DNA of 64,000 nt, from contig NC_087472.1 in the NCBI RefSeq assembly GCF_036321535.1, positions 96,908,001 through 96,972,000 of the forward strand, read 5' to 3'. A program made the position numbers and the translations under genes. Under the pieces are notes generated by a model. The model was given only the letters and a program-made list of their open reading frames with translations. It did not search any database and was not told the origin of the DNA. This document shows positions 51,604 through 64,000 of the stretch, piece after piece (within the stretch, counting starts at the first letter, position 1; each line of letters begins with the position of its first letter). The DNA is from Camelus dromedarius. Its lineage: Eukaryota.

Positions 51604-52479
51604 AGGAAACTCTTCGTCATGAAATGATGAAGAGCTGAAAGGGAGTGTACTTACAGTTACACTGCCATTATTTGGAACTTGGCAAAATTTAGATGCACTT
51701 GTAAAGTTCACACACTCAAAATATTTTTATCTGTTTGTAAGGGAAGAATGGGGGCCATTCAGCTATGAAATGAAGAGAATTAAAGCTTGTCACTGTTTTA
51801 CACATGGCAATTGATACATGAGCATTAAAATTAGCAGTTGATAAAATCAAGGTCGAAAGATATATGTATAAAATCTCCTTTGGAATTGCAGAGATTGGCA
51901 AGAACAAACCAAAGATGAAATCTCATAAAATGTTAATATTAGGAAATCACAACTGTCCTAAAAATGACAGTTTTTTCAAACCTCTTAATGTTACGGATGT
52001 GTGCTCTTTTAAACTTAAGTGCATAGAAGTGGAGATTTGAGTTAAGGCATGATGTTACAGATCATGGGAATGTTAATGCTGGTGATACATGTTGTTCCAT
52101 TTTAGATATTTAAAGAAGTGATACATGGACTATTCCAGAAACTTAAAGTACCTGTAGACCATCAAGTTTTTTCCCTTCATTTTACATACAAAAAATGTGA
52201 GTTCCTGAAAAATTAAGAAAATTGAGAGCAAATATTTCTTTAAATTTCAGGAGTCATTCTAGCGTGCCTCACTTGCTGTTGACCCCTGTCACTTCCTGAA
52301 AGCTAGTGTGGCCCTTTCAATAGAAGACTTTTCTTTGGTTGTTGTTGTTTTCTCGTGTCTTCATACTTCGGGTCTAGGATGGGGATAGTAGTCTCATTAC
52401 AACTTCTAGACCAGTTTTCCTCCTCTCTCTCTAACAAAGCTCCTGCTCCACTGAACTCACATAAGTGGTATACTACTCT

Positions 52480-54830
52480 GCCCTCTGTTGTGGTGCTGAT
52501 ACTCACTAGCCTCCCTGTTTCTGGTCCTCATTGATGCCAGTAGCTCACACTCTTCTCTATACTTCTGCCATCATTCTCAATGAATTCAGTGTCCAGCTTG
52601 AGGACCTATTCTGTCTCAATCCCTTGACCCCTTTGTTACCATCATGTTTCCTCTGACCCTACATTAGCAGCTCACTTCGAAAGTCACATTTAGTAACATC
52701 TCATGAACCAAAATACTCATTTTTGACACATCAGATTCAAAGAGCCCACTTTAAGTTACCTGTTTCCTTTACTTCTGGATCTCTTGTTCAACTCCCAGAG
52801 CTGCAGCTGATGCTTGCCCTCATTAAGATCTCTCATCCATTGACTCTACCTCTCTTTTTTAGGAGAGGAAGTGCTCTCAATCCTGTCTTGACCTCAGATT
52901 GTTCAGACCTCTGTCTTAACTCAGATTTCATGGCCCATCACTATAATAACGACCTTGAAAATACCTTTAATCCCCTTATGCTTTTCTCCATCATCCTTAC
53001 CTGGCAAAGTCCGAATTCCAGTTTCTCTTGTATAGCTAAACTAGGATGACTTCAATCACACACTGGGTGGACTGATTCTGTTTTCTATTAATGAACACAA
53101 AACTTGAAATTGTCCTTTATATTGATGGAAAATACCATAGTTTCATTAGGAAGATTGCTTTCTCATCCTCAGAGATGACTATTTCACATCCCTTCCTGTC
53201 CCCCTTTCTCCCACTCTCATATGATAATCTTACTTCAGACCACACTGAGAAAAGGGGAGCAGTCATACAGAAATTCCACCAGACTTAAGATCAAATTTGT
53301 AAGCTGCCAGTCTTGGCTCCTGTTTTCTCTTCCTTCTTTCCTGTTATAGTGGGTGAGATGTCTTCCCCTTACCCACTGAAAAGCAGTTACATCACCAAAG
53401 ATGATAGATACATAGCAAATAAACAATATGAAAAGAAGCGCCACGTCATAAGTCATGAAGGAAATGCAAACTAAAACAACAATAAGATACCACTACACAT
53501 CTATTAGAATGACCCAGATCTGGAACACTGACAACACCAAATGCTGTTGAGGATGTGCAGCAGTAGGTGCTCTCGTTCATCGCTTTTGGGAATGTGAAGT
53601 GGTACAGCCACTTTGGAAGATAGTTTGGGGTTTTAAAACCAAACATATACTTACCATTGACTCCAGCAGTTGCACACCGTGGTATTTACCCAGAGGAGTC
53701 CAAAACTTTTGTTCACACAAAAACCTACACATGGATGTTTTTGGCAGCTTAGTTCATAATTGCCAAACTTGGAAGCAACCGAGATATTGTTCAGCAGGTG
53801 AATGTATACATTAACTGTGGTACATCCAGCACTTAAAAGAACTGAGCTATTAAGCCATGAAAAGACATGGAGGAAAGTTAAATGCATGTTGCTAAGTGGA
53901 AGAAGCAATCTGAAAAAGCTACATACTGTATTTTTTCAACTATGTGACATTCTGAAAAAAGGCAAAACTATGGAGGCAGTAGAAAGATCAGTGATTGCCA
54001 GGGGTTTTAGGAAAAGGTGAGGAGGGGCAGCACAGAGAATTTTTAGAGTAGTAAAAATACTCTGTATGATACCATAATGATGGAGTCCTGTCATTATACA
54101 TTTGTCCAAACCCATAGAGTGTACAACACCAAGAGTGAACCATAATGTAAATTATGGACTTTGGTTGATAATGATGTGTCAGTGTAGGTTCATCAGTTAT
54201 AACAAACGTGCCACTCTAGTGGAGAATGTTGATAACGGGAGAGGCTGTACATGTGTGAAGGTAGGAGATACATGGGAAATTTCTCTATATTCTCTTCATT
54301 TTTGTTATGGACCTAAATCTGCTCCAAAAAGGTAAAGTTTTAATAAACAAACAAACACAAGAAAGGAGATTCAGGATAAAAACATCAATTTTATGAAATG
54401 ACTGATTCAGTGCCAACCAGTTTTGCTATGCCAGACTGTTTCAAACTTTTTCATATGCCGAGATAATACTAATAAACTGAAATTTACCTGAACCTTAAAA
54501 AAACATAAAACAAAACAATAACAACAAACACATAAAAAAGCAATTCTACCAGTGATACTCTGAATCCCATCACCCTTGTCTTCTTAAGCCTTTGCTCCTT
54601 CAGTTATCCAATTATCCTTTTTTCCCCCTGCAATATATATCTCTGTCTTATTTAGATCATTTGCATCAGCATATATGCTATAGTCTAGCCATCTTAAGAA
54701 AACCCAATCTTGACTCTGCATCTTTCTTCAGGTACTACCTTATTCCTTTGTTTTACTTTACAGCGAAGTGCTCTAAAGGAGTAGTCTACAAATACTGTCT
54801 CACTTCTTCACTTCTCATTTACTTTTTCAG
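52480..54830 (+). mobile_element. L2 internal fragment split by an L1MC insertion
   Basis: L2-like text (catggcccatcactataat, cacactgagaaaa, cagcatatatgc.., gtctacaaatactgtctcacttc) on both sides of 53385-54345. Confidence 0.55.
53385..54345 (+). mobile_element. L1MC-like 3' portion
   Basis: Strongly similar to 31800-32770 (gagctattaagccatgaaaagacatgg, caacaccaagagtgaacc, acctaaatctgctcc). Confidence 0.85.
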
Positions 54831-55305
54831 AATTTTATTTAGTTTTTATTTTTGTCAAATGTGTACATATCCATTGTTAATTCAAATAATTCTACAAGGC
54901 TTGCTCTGAAAAATAGCTTGTTCCTCTAGCCGCCACCATTTCTCCCTCCCTAGAAGCAAATGTTTAACTCTTTTAGTTCATTCTGTTGGTGTTTATGTTC
55001 ATATCTAAAAACATGCTTACATTATTTTGCATCATTATCCCTCATTACCAACATTCTCCACCAGAGTGGTACATTTGTTATAATTGATGAACCTACATTG
55101 ACACATCTTATCAATCAAAGTCTATAGTTTACCTTAGGGTTTACTCGTGGTATTATGCATTCTATGGATTTGAACAAATATATAATGACATGAATCCATC
55201 ATTATGGTATCATACAGAGTATTTTTACTGCTCTAAAAATACTTTGTGCTCCTCTTATTCATTCCTCCCCACCCTTTCCTACATTATCTAAATAACATGC
55301 TTACA

Positions 55306-55354
55306 CAACCTAAGTGTCCATCAACAGATGAATGGATAAAGAAGATGTGGTGTG

Positions 55355-55394
<40 letters not shown>

Positions 55395-55774
55395 GGAATG
55401 CTATTCAGCCATAAAAAAGAGTGAAATTTTGCCATTTGCAGCAATATGGGTGGACTTTGGAGGGCATTATGCTGAGTGAAATAAGTCAGACAGAGAAAGA
55501 CAAATACTGTATGTTATCACTTATATGTGGAATCTAAAAAATATAACTAGTGAATAAAACAAGAAGCAGACTCACAAATATCAAGAACAAACAAGTGGTT
55601 ACCAGTGGGGAAAGGGAAGGGGGTTGGGGCGATACAAGAGTAGGGGATTCAATAAAAGAATTACTATGGGATTATATGAAATCATGTGTGTAACACTTTT
55701 GAAAATTGTAAAGCACTATAGAATTTAAAGAGTCTTTCATTCAATTAAAACAATAAATAAATAAAAAGGGGAAA
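55306..55774 (+). mobile_element. 5'-truncated L1 3' end containing a (CA)n tract
   Basis: QPKCPSTDEWIKKMW peptide; 16-bp TSD aaataacatgcttaca at 55290-55305 and 55775-55790. Confidence 0.85.
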
Positions 55775-55799
55775 AAATAACATGCTTACATTGTTACTT

Positions 55800-58600
55800 C
55801 ATGAATGTTTAACTTTTGGCCAAATCCATTGGTTTCTGCCTATGGGAGAAGGTTTAGTTTCTTTTACTACCATCCCATCCCCACTACACATACATGCTTG
55901 TGCACACACACAAGGACAAGTCCTTTTCTCCACCATCCCAATATTATAATTTTAGTTAGATCACTATTCAATATTTATGTAATAATCCCTGCGTAAAATG
56001 TTCTTCACATTGATTTACTCCTCATTTTGATGGAGTGCAGCCATGAATATAGCATACTTTCCATTGGCTTCCAGAGGAAGGATACATGGAAAGTAGACAG
56101 TTTTTAGAAATTACATGTCTGAAATTATCTTATTTCTACCATCCCAGCTAATTGTTAGTTCACTGATGCTTTTAAGAATTAAAAAAATATTTCATTCATC
56201 TTTTTAAATTGTCCTCAGTGGGAGCATTGTCTAAATTACCTAGCCCCACTATGACTGGAAGTGGAAGATGCATGTGTTTCTTTTTTTTTTTATTAATTTC
56301 TTTTCTCATCTTTGGTACTTCCTTCTATTTTGGGGGGATTATTTTGCTGCACTTTTCCCCAGTTTCTTGAGATGGCTGCTTTAGCTTTTTAATGTTTAGT
56401 TTGTCTTCTTATTTAATGTATACATTTAAGACTGTATTCTCTAAGTCCTGCTTTAGTTGCAGCCTATACATTTTAATATATGGTATTTCTTTATTCTCCA
56501 GTTCAAAATAGTAGATAATTTTGTTATGATTTCCTTTTTGACCAATGCATTGTATAGAACTGTGTTTCTTAATTTCCAAACTTGTGAATATTTTTAGTTT
56601 TCTTTTTGTAATTTCTTTCTGTGTTAATTACATTGTTATCAGAAAATACGCTCTGTATGATTTGGTCTTTTGGAATTTTTTTGCGGCCAGCTTCGTGGTT
56701 AAGGATTTGGCTTGTAAATATTTAATGTTCTGTAAATAATTCTACATTCTGTAGGTATTGTTGCATTTTATGTGTGTCCATTAGAACTTGTGTGTCAATC
56801 ATGTTGTTCAAATCCTACATATCAATTCTGATTTTTAATCTATTTGGTCCGTTAATTACTGAGACCTGTGTTAAAATCTCTCACTATATTTATGACTTTC
56901 TATATTTCTCCTTTTTCTTTCAATTTTTGCTTTAATTATTTTTGATGCTATATTATTAGGTACAGGTTTAAAGTGCTTTTATCTATAAATTCTACCTTTG
57001 ATCTATATAAAGTGATTATCTTTATCTCTGATATTACTTTTTGACTTACATATTTTCTATCCCTATACTTTAACATTTCTCTAGCTTTAGTTTTTAGATA
57101 CTGTTTTTTGATTAAAATGTAGTTTTTAAAAATTAGGATGTAGGTTTTCTAAGAACCTTTGTCTTTTAACTGTGGTGTTGCATTGATTTACATTTAAAGG
57201 AATTAATAATAGGTTTTGATCTCAATTAATCATCCTGTTTTATGCTTTGTATTTCTCTCTTTTATTGCCTTATTCCAGATTGAATACTTTTTAAAAAATT
57301 CTGATTTTTTCTCCTAGTTTAGAAAATTGAACATTTTTTCTTTCAGTGGTATCCTTAGAATTAAAAATGCTTAATTAATTTATCAAGTCTAAAATTAATA
57401 GTTACCTTCATTTGTCTCCTGGACACTGTAAGGGTCTTAGAACACCTTTAATTTCATTATTTCCCTCCTCAGTTATAAATTATTCTTGTTTTGTATCAAT
57501 TATATTTTAGTCTCAAAATTATTATTATTATTATTGGTTTTTTAAAAGTAATTTTTAAAACATTTCCCCACCTGTTCACTTCTTTCTTGGCTCTATAGTC
57601 TTTGCTACATCATAATCCTACCTTCTGGAGTATTTTTTTTCCCTCCCTGAAATACATCCTCTAGAATTTCCTTTAGTGAGGTTCTGTTAGAGGCAGATTC
57701 TCCATATTTTTGTGTATTTTGAATTGTCTTCAATTTAAAATAACTCTTGAGAATTACTAGAATAGAATTGGTGGTTATTTCCTTTTAGCATGTTGAAGAT
57801 ACTCTACCATCCTCTGGTCTCCATTGCTTTTGTTAAGAAGTCAACTTCCAGTCATTCATCTGAATGCAGTCTATTCTCTGTTTTCCACTGGTTGCTTTTG
57901 AGATCTTCTCTTTGTCTTGGGTATTTTGCAGTTTCACTATGAAGTGTCTGTGGTAAACATCCTGTTATGTGTCCTGCTTGGGACTCATTGGGTTTCTTGA
58001 GTCTTTTGACCTGTGTTTTTCATTAATTTTCAGTCATTAAGTTTTCAAATTCTTATCCTTTACTTTTTCTCCTGGAACTCTAATTACAGATCTGTTTAAC
58101 TTTTTCACTTTACACTCCATATAGAATCTCTCAAGTGCTTTTATTAATTTTCTATATTTTTATATTTCTGTGCTGTATTTTGGATTCTTTCTTCTGACCT
58201 TGTATTTCATTTTACCAATTCTCTTTTGTTATATGTAATCTACTATTAGCCTCATCCACTGACTTTGAAATTTTGGAGTTTGGTTGTTATTTTTATAAGT
58301 TCTTTGGCTATACTTTCAAATCTCCTTGGAAACTTTTTATGGTTTCCAGTAAAGATATTTTCAGGCTTGTATTTTATTTCATTAAGCACAGTAGGAATAG
58401 TTTTGGGTCCATGTCTTATAATTCCTATATTCAAAGTCTTCGAGGGTCTGTTTCTACAGTCGCTTATTTCTTCTTATTCTTAATTATGGTATCTTGTTTT
58501 ATTGGGGCTTTCTTATTTTTGCCTGTGTGATGGTCATTGTTCTTAAAAAAAAGTGTGGGACTTCTTTGCAACCTAGGAATGATGCACCTTCCTCCAAATA
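55800..58600 (-). mobile_element. Old L1M (L1ME/L1M5-like) internal fragments
   Basis: Long T-rich antisense L1 sequence (gtgttaaaatctctcact, tttgagatcttctctttgtcttgg, tttcactatgaagtgtct). Confidence 0.65.
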
Positions 58601-58640
58601 GTATTTACATTTACATATGCTTTATGCTTACCATCACTAA

Positions 58641-58815
58641 CAGTAGTTTTCAAACTTGGCAGCGTATAGAATCACCTGATGAACTTAAAAAAAACTCTGG
58701 TGCTAAACTGAACTATAGACCACTTAAATCAGAATCTGTGGAAGTAGAACCCAAGCATCAGGTTTTAAAGCTACTCAGGTGATTTCGGTGATCATCCATG
58801 ACTCAGAATTGCAGA
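58641..58815. mobile_element. MER5-like hAT-Charlie DNA transposon
   Basis: cagtagttttcaaacttgg..agaatcacctg..aaatcagaatctgtgg..caggtgatt. Confidence 0.75.
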
Positions 58816-59299
58816 TATAAAATAATATCCTTGCTTGAAGTTTTTTTGGCCCATCTAAGTGATTTGACTTTGGGCTGCAAATCTGCTGGAGGCTCCTGTT
58901 GTTACAAATTCTCACAAATTTCTCCTTCATCCACCACTTGTCAGTATCAGTTGGCATACAGTAATTTTTTTTCTAATGTCAATAATATAATGAAGATGAG
59001 AAATACAGGGACTGGGTTATAAGAGATTTTGAGGGAGTATTTAATTCATCTACCTCTACCATTTATGAATCATATGCAAAGCATCTTTTACCTTATCCAG
59101 TTATTCATTCATTACATTAGTTGTACTAAGCAAAAGGTAACAATGGTGAAAACTTAAAACACTTTTTGAATTTTCATGGTGTTGTTGATGTCAATGTTGG
59201 TTTTATCATGTATTATTTCTTAATGTCTTCTGGGAAGTTTTCATGCTGACCCTTAAAGAATATCTGTAGGGTCTGATGATTCAACTTATAAGTGAAAAG

Positions 59300-59800
59300 A
59301 TTAATTATAGTGAAGGTGGACTTTGCTGTCTCCTGTTGGAAGGGCCCCTGGCTGATGCTAATGCATTATGAAATCATAAATTAAAATTGGCTGTCAGGAT
59401 CTCGGCATGTATTAGGATTAATCAACATATTACTCCCATGTAAATGTCATTTTTTTTGATTACACATTACATTTAGTATCAGTAACAAATCATGATTTTA
59501 TGTTAATAGGAAATGACATCATCTTCCTTTTTTTCCTTTCAGCTGTGAAATGCCTCATTACTATGTTGGGAAGTAATGCATTGTAGCGTTTGTCAGTGTT
59601 ATTTCCAGTCTGACATCTCTTCTTTAAGTTCATTATTCTTTTTGGTTCTTAATTAGGAGCCGTCTTCTACCCACTCTACTTCATTGTTTCCGGCATCATA
59701 AGAATCCAGTCTCAGTCCTTTACAGATGAAAAAACGACAAAAGCTGTCTAAATAACCACTGAGTGCTGGGTAGTGGGCCACGTCCATTAACCTGTCTGCA
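59300..59800. promoter_or_regulatory. Candidate conserved non-coding element and/or terminal exon
   Basis: Repeat-free sequence dense in TAAT/ATTA and TGACA/TGTCA motifs, followed by a pyrimidine tract and AG at 59655-59656 and a CpG-retaining segment. Confidence 0.3.
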
Positions 59801-60239
59801 TTTCCCAAGATGTGTTGGGCAGAATTAAGTATGTTTATAGATACTCTGTAAAATATGCTTCCATGGTTGGATAAATTCAAGGAAGGCTAGATTAAATGAA
59901 GTTAAACTGGTTTATTTAAGGGGAGGCTTGATAGAGTCTTTAGTATCCAAATATACATTCTGAATTTCCCAAGGAAATGTTTGATCATTTAAAATGATTA
60001 ATGTTCTTCAGAAGTTTTGAAAATACTCATATATGATGATATTAAACCTTCATAATTACCCTTTCAGATAATTGTTAGTCCTTTTTCTACAGATGAGGGA
60101 ACTTAGATTGAAAGAAATTGTTGATTTGTTCAATATCAAAGAGCTGTGAGGTGGAGTCTGGATGCAGACTCAGATCTATTCTATATGGGAGCCTGCATCC
60201 ATTCTTCCTCTCCCTTGCTCCCTCCTTCTTTTCTTCCCA

Positions 60240-60835
60240 TCCTGCCTTTTAAAATTACATTTATTTATATGATTGTAAAATTAACGTATATATTCACTGC
60301 CAACTCTGGAAAAACAAACAAAAGCACAATAAAGAAGATGAAAATTACTCATAACCTCTGTCCCTAAGATACCATTCAAATTTTAACATTTTAAATGTTT
60401 CAAAAACACGTATAAATTATATTTATAAAGTGTGGTTTTTTTTACACAAAATCAAGATCCTACTGTATTCTTAAACCTCCACTATCAGTTATATTATGTA
60501 ATTAAATAATCTTCTAGAATTCAATTTTAATGGCTGCAAATTATTCTGCCACAGGAATGCACTAAATTTATTTGCCCAGTTCTCTGTGGTTGGACATGTA
60601 AGTCGCAGCCAATTTTTCACTATTATAAATAGCGCTGTGATGAACAGCTTAGCACATTACATCTTTGTGCACTTGTCTGGTTTTTTCTTTGGAATCAACA
60701 TACACTCTACCAGTAGTGTAGGGGAGTGATTGTTTACTCATGCTCTGGCCAATATAAGCTCTTATATATTTGTTTTTATTTCTTATATATTTTTATTTCT
60801 TGACAATTTTATAAGCAAGACATACTTTTTATTGT
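60240..60835 (-). mobile_element. L1ME-like 3' fragment, with a MIR fragment immediately upstream (~60055-60190)
   Basis: ttttaatggctgca..ttggacatgtaagt..caatttttcactattataaatagcgctgtgatgaaca. Confidence 0.65.
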
Positions 60836-61343
60836 TTAGCTCATTATACCTCAGTTATGCCCTTTGGGCTGTCATTAAGCTACCCTCCCACTAGTAAGGC
60901 TTGTGCTCTATGTGATTTTTCCATGGGTGGAGATTATTTTGCATGCAGCTTTCTTGTGGGTTTTGTGTTTTGATATGAATTAGCCAAATCAATCATTGAG
61001 GTGAGGAGTACAATCTGAACATAAAGACAAATAATCTACATATTAAACACAGCCATGGTTTTCTTAGCTTCTTGTTTCAGTCTAGCAGTTTTCAACCCAG
61101 AGTACACATAACAGATGGCTTTCACTTGTTGGATACATCCTGTGGGTGCACCATAGACTTTCACAATTTGTGACATGCTCTATACAGTCACATTCCTTTT
61201 CTCCTGCTCTTTAAAACATTTTGGAATACAAGTTAGTGTGAGTAGTGTTGTAATAGGACAACTGCTCTAATTTAAGATGAATTAATAACTCACAATCATA
61301 CATCCTTAAAATTGTATTAGGAAGAAATTATTTGCCATGTATC

Positions 61344-61809
61344 TGTATTAGTATAAAATCTCTGCTCTAACAGAGGTTAAAATTAACAGTGCCTTTAACA
61401 AGATAGAGGTTAATTTATTTCTCAAAGTGAAATCTCAGTAGTCACGGCAGTTCTCTAGTGAGAAGTCATCAAGAGCCCAGGCACCCTCCATCTTTTTGCT
61501 CTGCCATTCTTAGAATGCTGACCTCATCCATATAATCCTAGATGACTCTCCTAGCATCAGAATTCCAGCCAGCAAGAAGGGTATAAAATGACAGTGGGGG
61601 GCCACATCCTTGCCATTAAGGACATGACCCAAAAGATACAAACTTTACTTTTGCTCATCTTCAGTTGATTAGAACATAGACACACGAAGCACACCAGCTA
61701 CAGAGCAGCATGGAAAATGTTTTAAACTGAGGAGGCTAGGAGTCTAGCTTAAAATTAGGAGTTCTCTTACTATGAGAGAGAAGGACAATTGGAAGTGTCT
61801 GTCATAACA
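61344..61809 (-). mobile_element. MLT1-type MaLR LTR
   Basis: tgtattagt..ctttaacaagatagagg..cttttgctcatcttcagttgattagaac..gtctgtcataaca. Confidence 0.7.
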
Positions 61810-62959
61810 TTTCTCACGAGTGTATTGTTTCTAGGTACTTGACAACACTGCCTTAACAGTCTCAACCCTCTGGACCACTGATCACGGTAGTATCCACTCT
61901 GCTTCCCCTGCATGCCAAACTGGTCGACATGCATTCCCAGTGGTCCTGTGTCTAGATCATTAACCACATCATTGGACTGAGCTGAAGATGAGCTACATGA
62001 TGTTTAATATTTAAATTGCTCCTCTGTTCACAGTTTGAATTTTACTGAGAATTGAATTTGTGCTGGGGTCCTGGCCTTAATGTGAATAAGCCTAAATGGT
62101 TACCCTTACCATTTTCCAGTATTGTTTACACAGGAGCAGTACTAAGTTGAACTAAATGGAAACTACCATGCCTTAGTTATTGGCATTTAGAGAATAAAGG
62201 ATATACGTATTAAGAAAATGTAGAAAGAAACAATTTTATCACTGCCATTTAAAAATGTGCTCTTAATGTATCCCCCCCTTTTCACCCAAAGGAAAATAGC
62301 CAAGTCAGAGTGATACATTTTAACTTGAAAAATTGTAGCTGAAACTTTCTTGGTTGGAGTGGGATGTGGATTATGGAAAGGTGGCTTGACTACTCTTATT
62401 GTTACCAGCCTGGTATCGCTGGTGATTTTTTCCTGAATATTCAGTCATGTGACCTCCCAGTTACATACCATCTCCTTCCTTCATGTTTTTGCCTAGGGCT
62501 GGCCTTGAACCTGATCATATGATCATATGAAACTGAGAGGAATAGCCCTTGAACAGTCTTTAGTCATGGTTGACGTGATCCCAGAAATAAAGGTTCCAAG
62601 CAAATGAACATTCCTATTAATGCATGTTTTCCAGGTGCAACATGAGTCTTTGTTTTGTACTCAATTCAGGCAAATCTAGTAATTTGGAAGGTGTCATATT
62701 CATCAGATTCTGATATGTGAATAGATATGAATAACAAATGCTTCTGTGTTCTGGAGCACAATTCTGAAACTCAGTGTGTTCTGAAGTTTCTTTATCCTCA
62801 AGGAATTTAACAGACTAGATCAAGATAATAACCATTAAACTCATACCCTACCACCACATCCAAGCCTTTTTTTCCCCCTCAATTTAGAGAAATATGAGTC
62901 TTTCTAGGATTTGTACGGGGAAATTTAGCTGGAGAAAGACAATTTCCCACCTTGTACCA

Positions 62960-63600
62960 ATTTTCTAATTCCCTCTGGGTTCTGTCCAGCTGGAGACCCT
63001 GATGGCTTTTGACCCTTTAGGTCTTGATCCTCTCAGGTACCATAAAGGTGAGTCCCAAACCTGATCTTCATCCCCATCAGAGGGCCTTTAGGATTAATCA
63101 ATGTTTTTCTCCAGTTTCGAACCTTCTTGGGACCAGATTCAGGGGACCCATTAAGCTGTGTGTCCCAGGCTTCAACATATATGCACCCTCCTAATTCCTG
63201 GTTCCTGCTGCAGTTCCTCTTAGTGGCTGAGCTCTGCCCTGTATCTAGGGTACTTAATTATTAGGGGTACTGAAAACCTGCCTAGAGCCCACATTTTCCC
63301 ATTTCCCTCTGCCTTGTGGCTGTAGATCTGTTCTCTCTTCTGTTTGAACCCAGACTTACCACCATTCTCCTGAGCCAAAAAGATCTACATGCCAAACTCT
63401 ACCCACCATATTCAACCCTCTGGTTATCAGTGCCTATCTGGATAGAGGCCTCTTTGGCCTGTAATAACTGGGCTATAGGTCACACTCTGTAAGGCCAGCT
63501 CTCCTAGGCCCTGCCTGATTCTAGTTTACCTCACTTTCCCTGATAAATGGTCATTGAAGTCTAGTGTGTCTTACAGCTGTCCAGAGGGAGACAAGATATA
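62960..63600 (-). mobile_element. Possible degraded LTR-retroelement gag-protease fragment
   Basis: Minus strand ctagatacagggcagagctc (63229-63248) reads as LDTG(A)EL with a 1-nt deletion; locally GC-richer. Confidence 0.35.
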
Positions 63601-64000
63601 TCCTCTATTTGTTCAACCTGTTCTGGTCTAAACTTCCAGAATTGAGTCATTTTCCTTTACTAATGTTTATCCTTTGATCTGGAAAATGTCTCATGTGCTA
63701 GAACACTCTACTGTGTCAATGTGATCAATAGTAACAGAAACAAACTTAAAATGCACATTTAATTTGAAGACACAATCAATTGAAAATCACATTTTGTTTT
63801 ATAGAGAAAAAAGGGAAAAGGAAATTAAAAATATATAGCTTTAGGCATAAATTAAAATTTTCATACTACCTTTTTCTACTATAGTAATTACTAAAATGTT
63901 AATTTGGCAAAACATGAACCTTAGAAATAATAATCTTAATACTTGTATACTCAAATGCTCAGATCTGTAATGCACTTTAATTCCAGTGATATATATTCTG

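Overview
Mammalian, most likely camelid, genomic DNA: it carries tRNA-Ala-derived SINEs of the vic-1 type and looks intronic or intergenic. No intact protein-coding gene can be supported. Bases 1-12,880 hold a degraded head-to-tail array of at least four ERV-L-like (class III) gag-pro-pol units with a period of about 3.3-3.4 kb. The array contains an internal inversion, a TSD-flanked retrocopy of a GC-rich transcript 3' end, and a SINE split by a micro-inversion. Nested L1s follow at 12.9-16.9 kb, then a full-length but inactivated young L1 on the minus strand (20.5-27.95 kb). The remaining 36 kb is AT-rich sequence with old L1M, L2, MIR, MaLR/MLT2 LTR and hAT MER repeats, a dimeric SINE, and a few unique islands that may be small exons or conserved non-coding elements. 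Repeat subfamily names and most boundaries are by-eye assignments and need RepeatMasker/Dfam confirmation.
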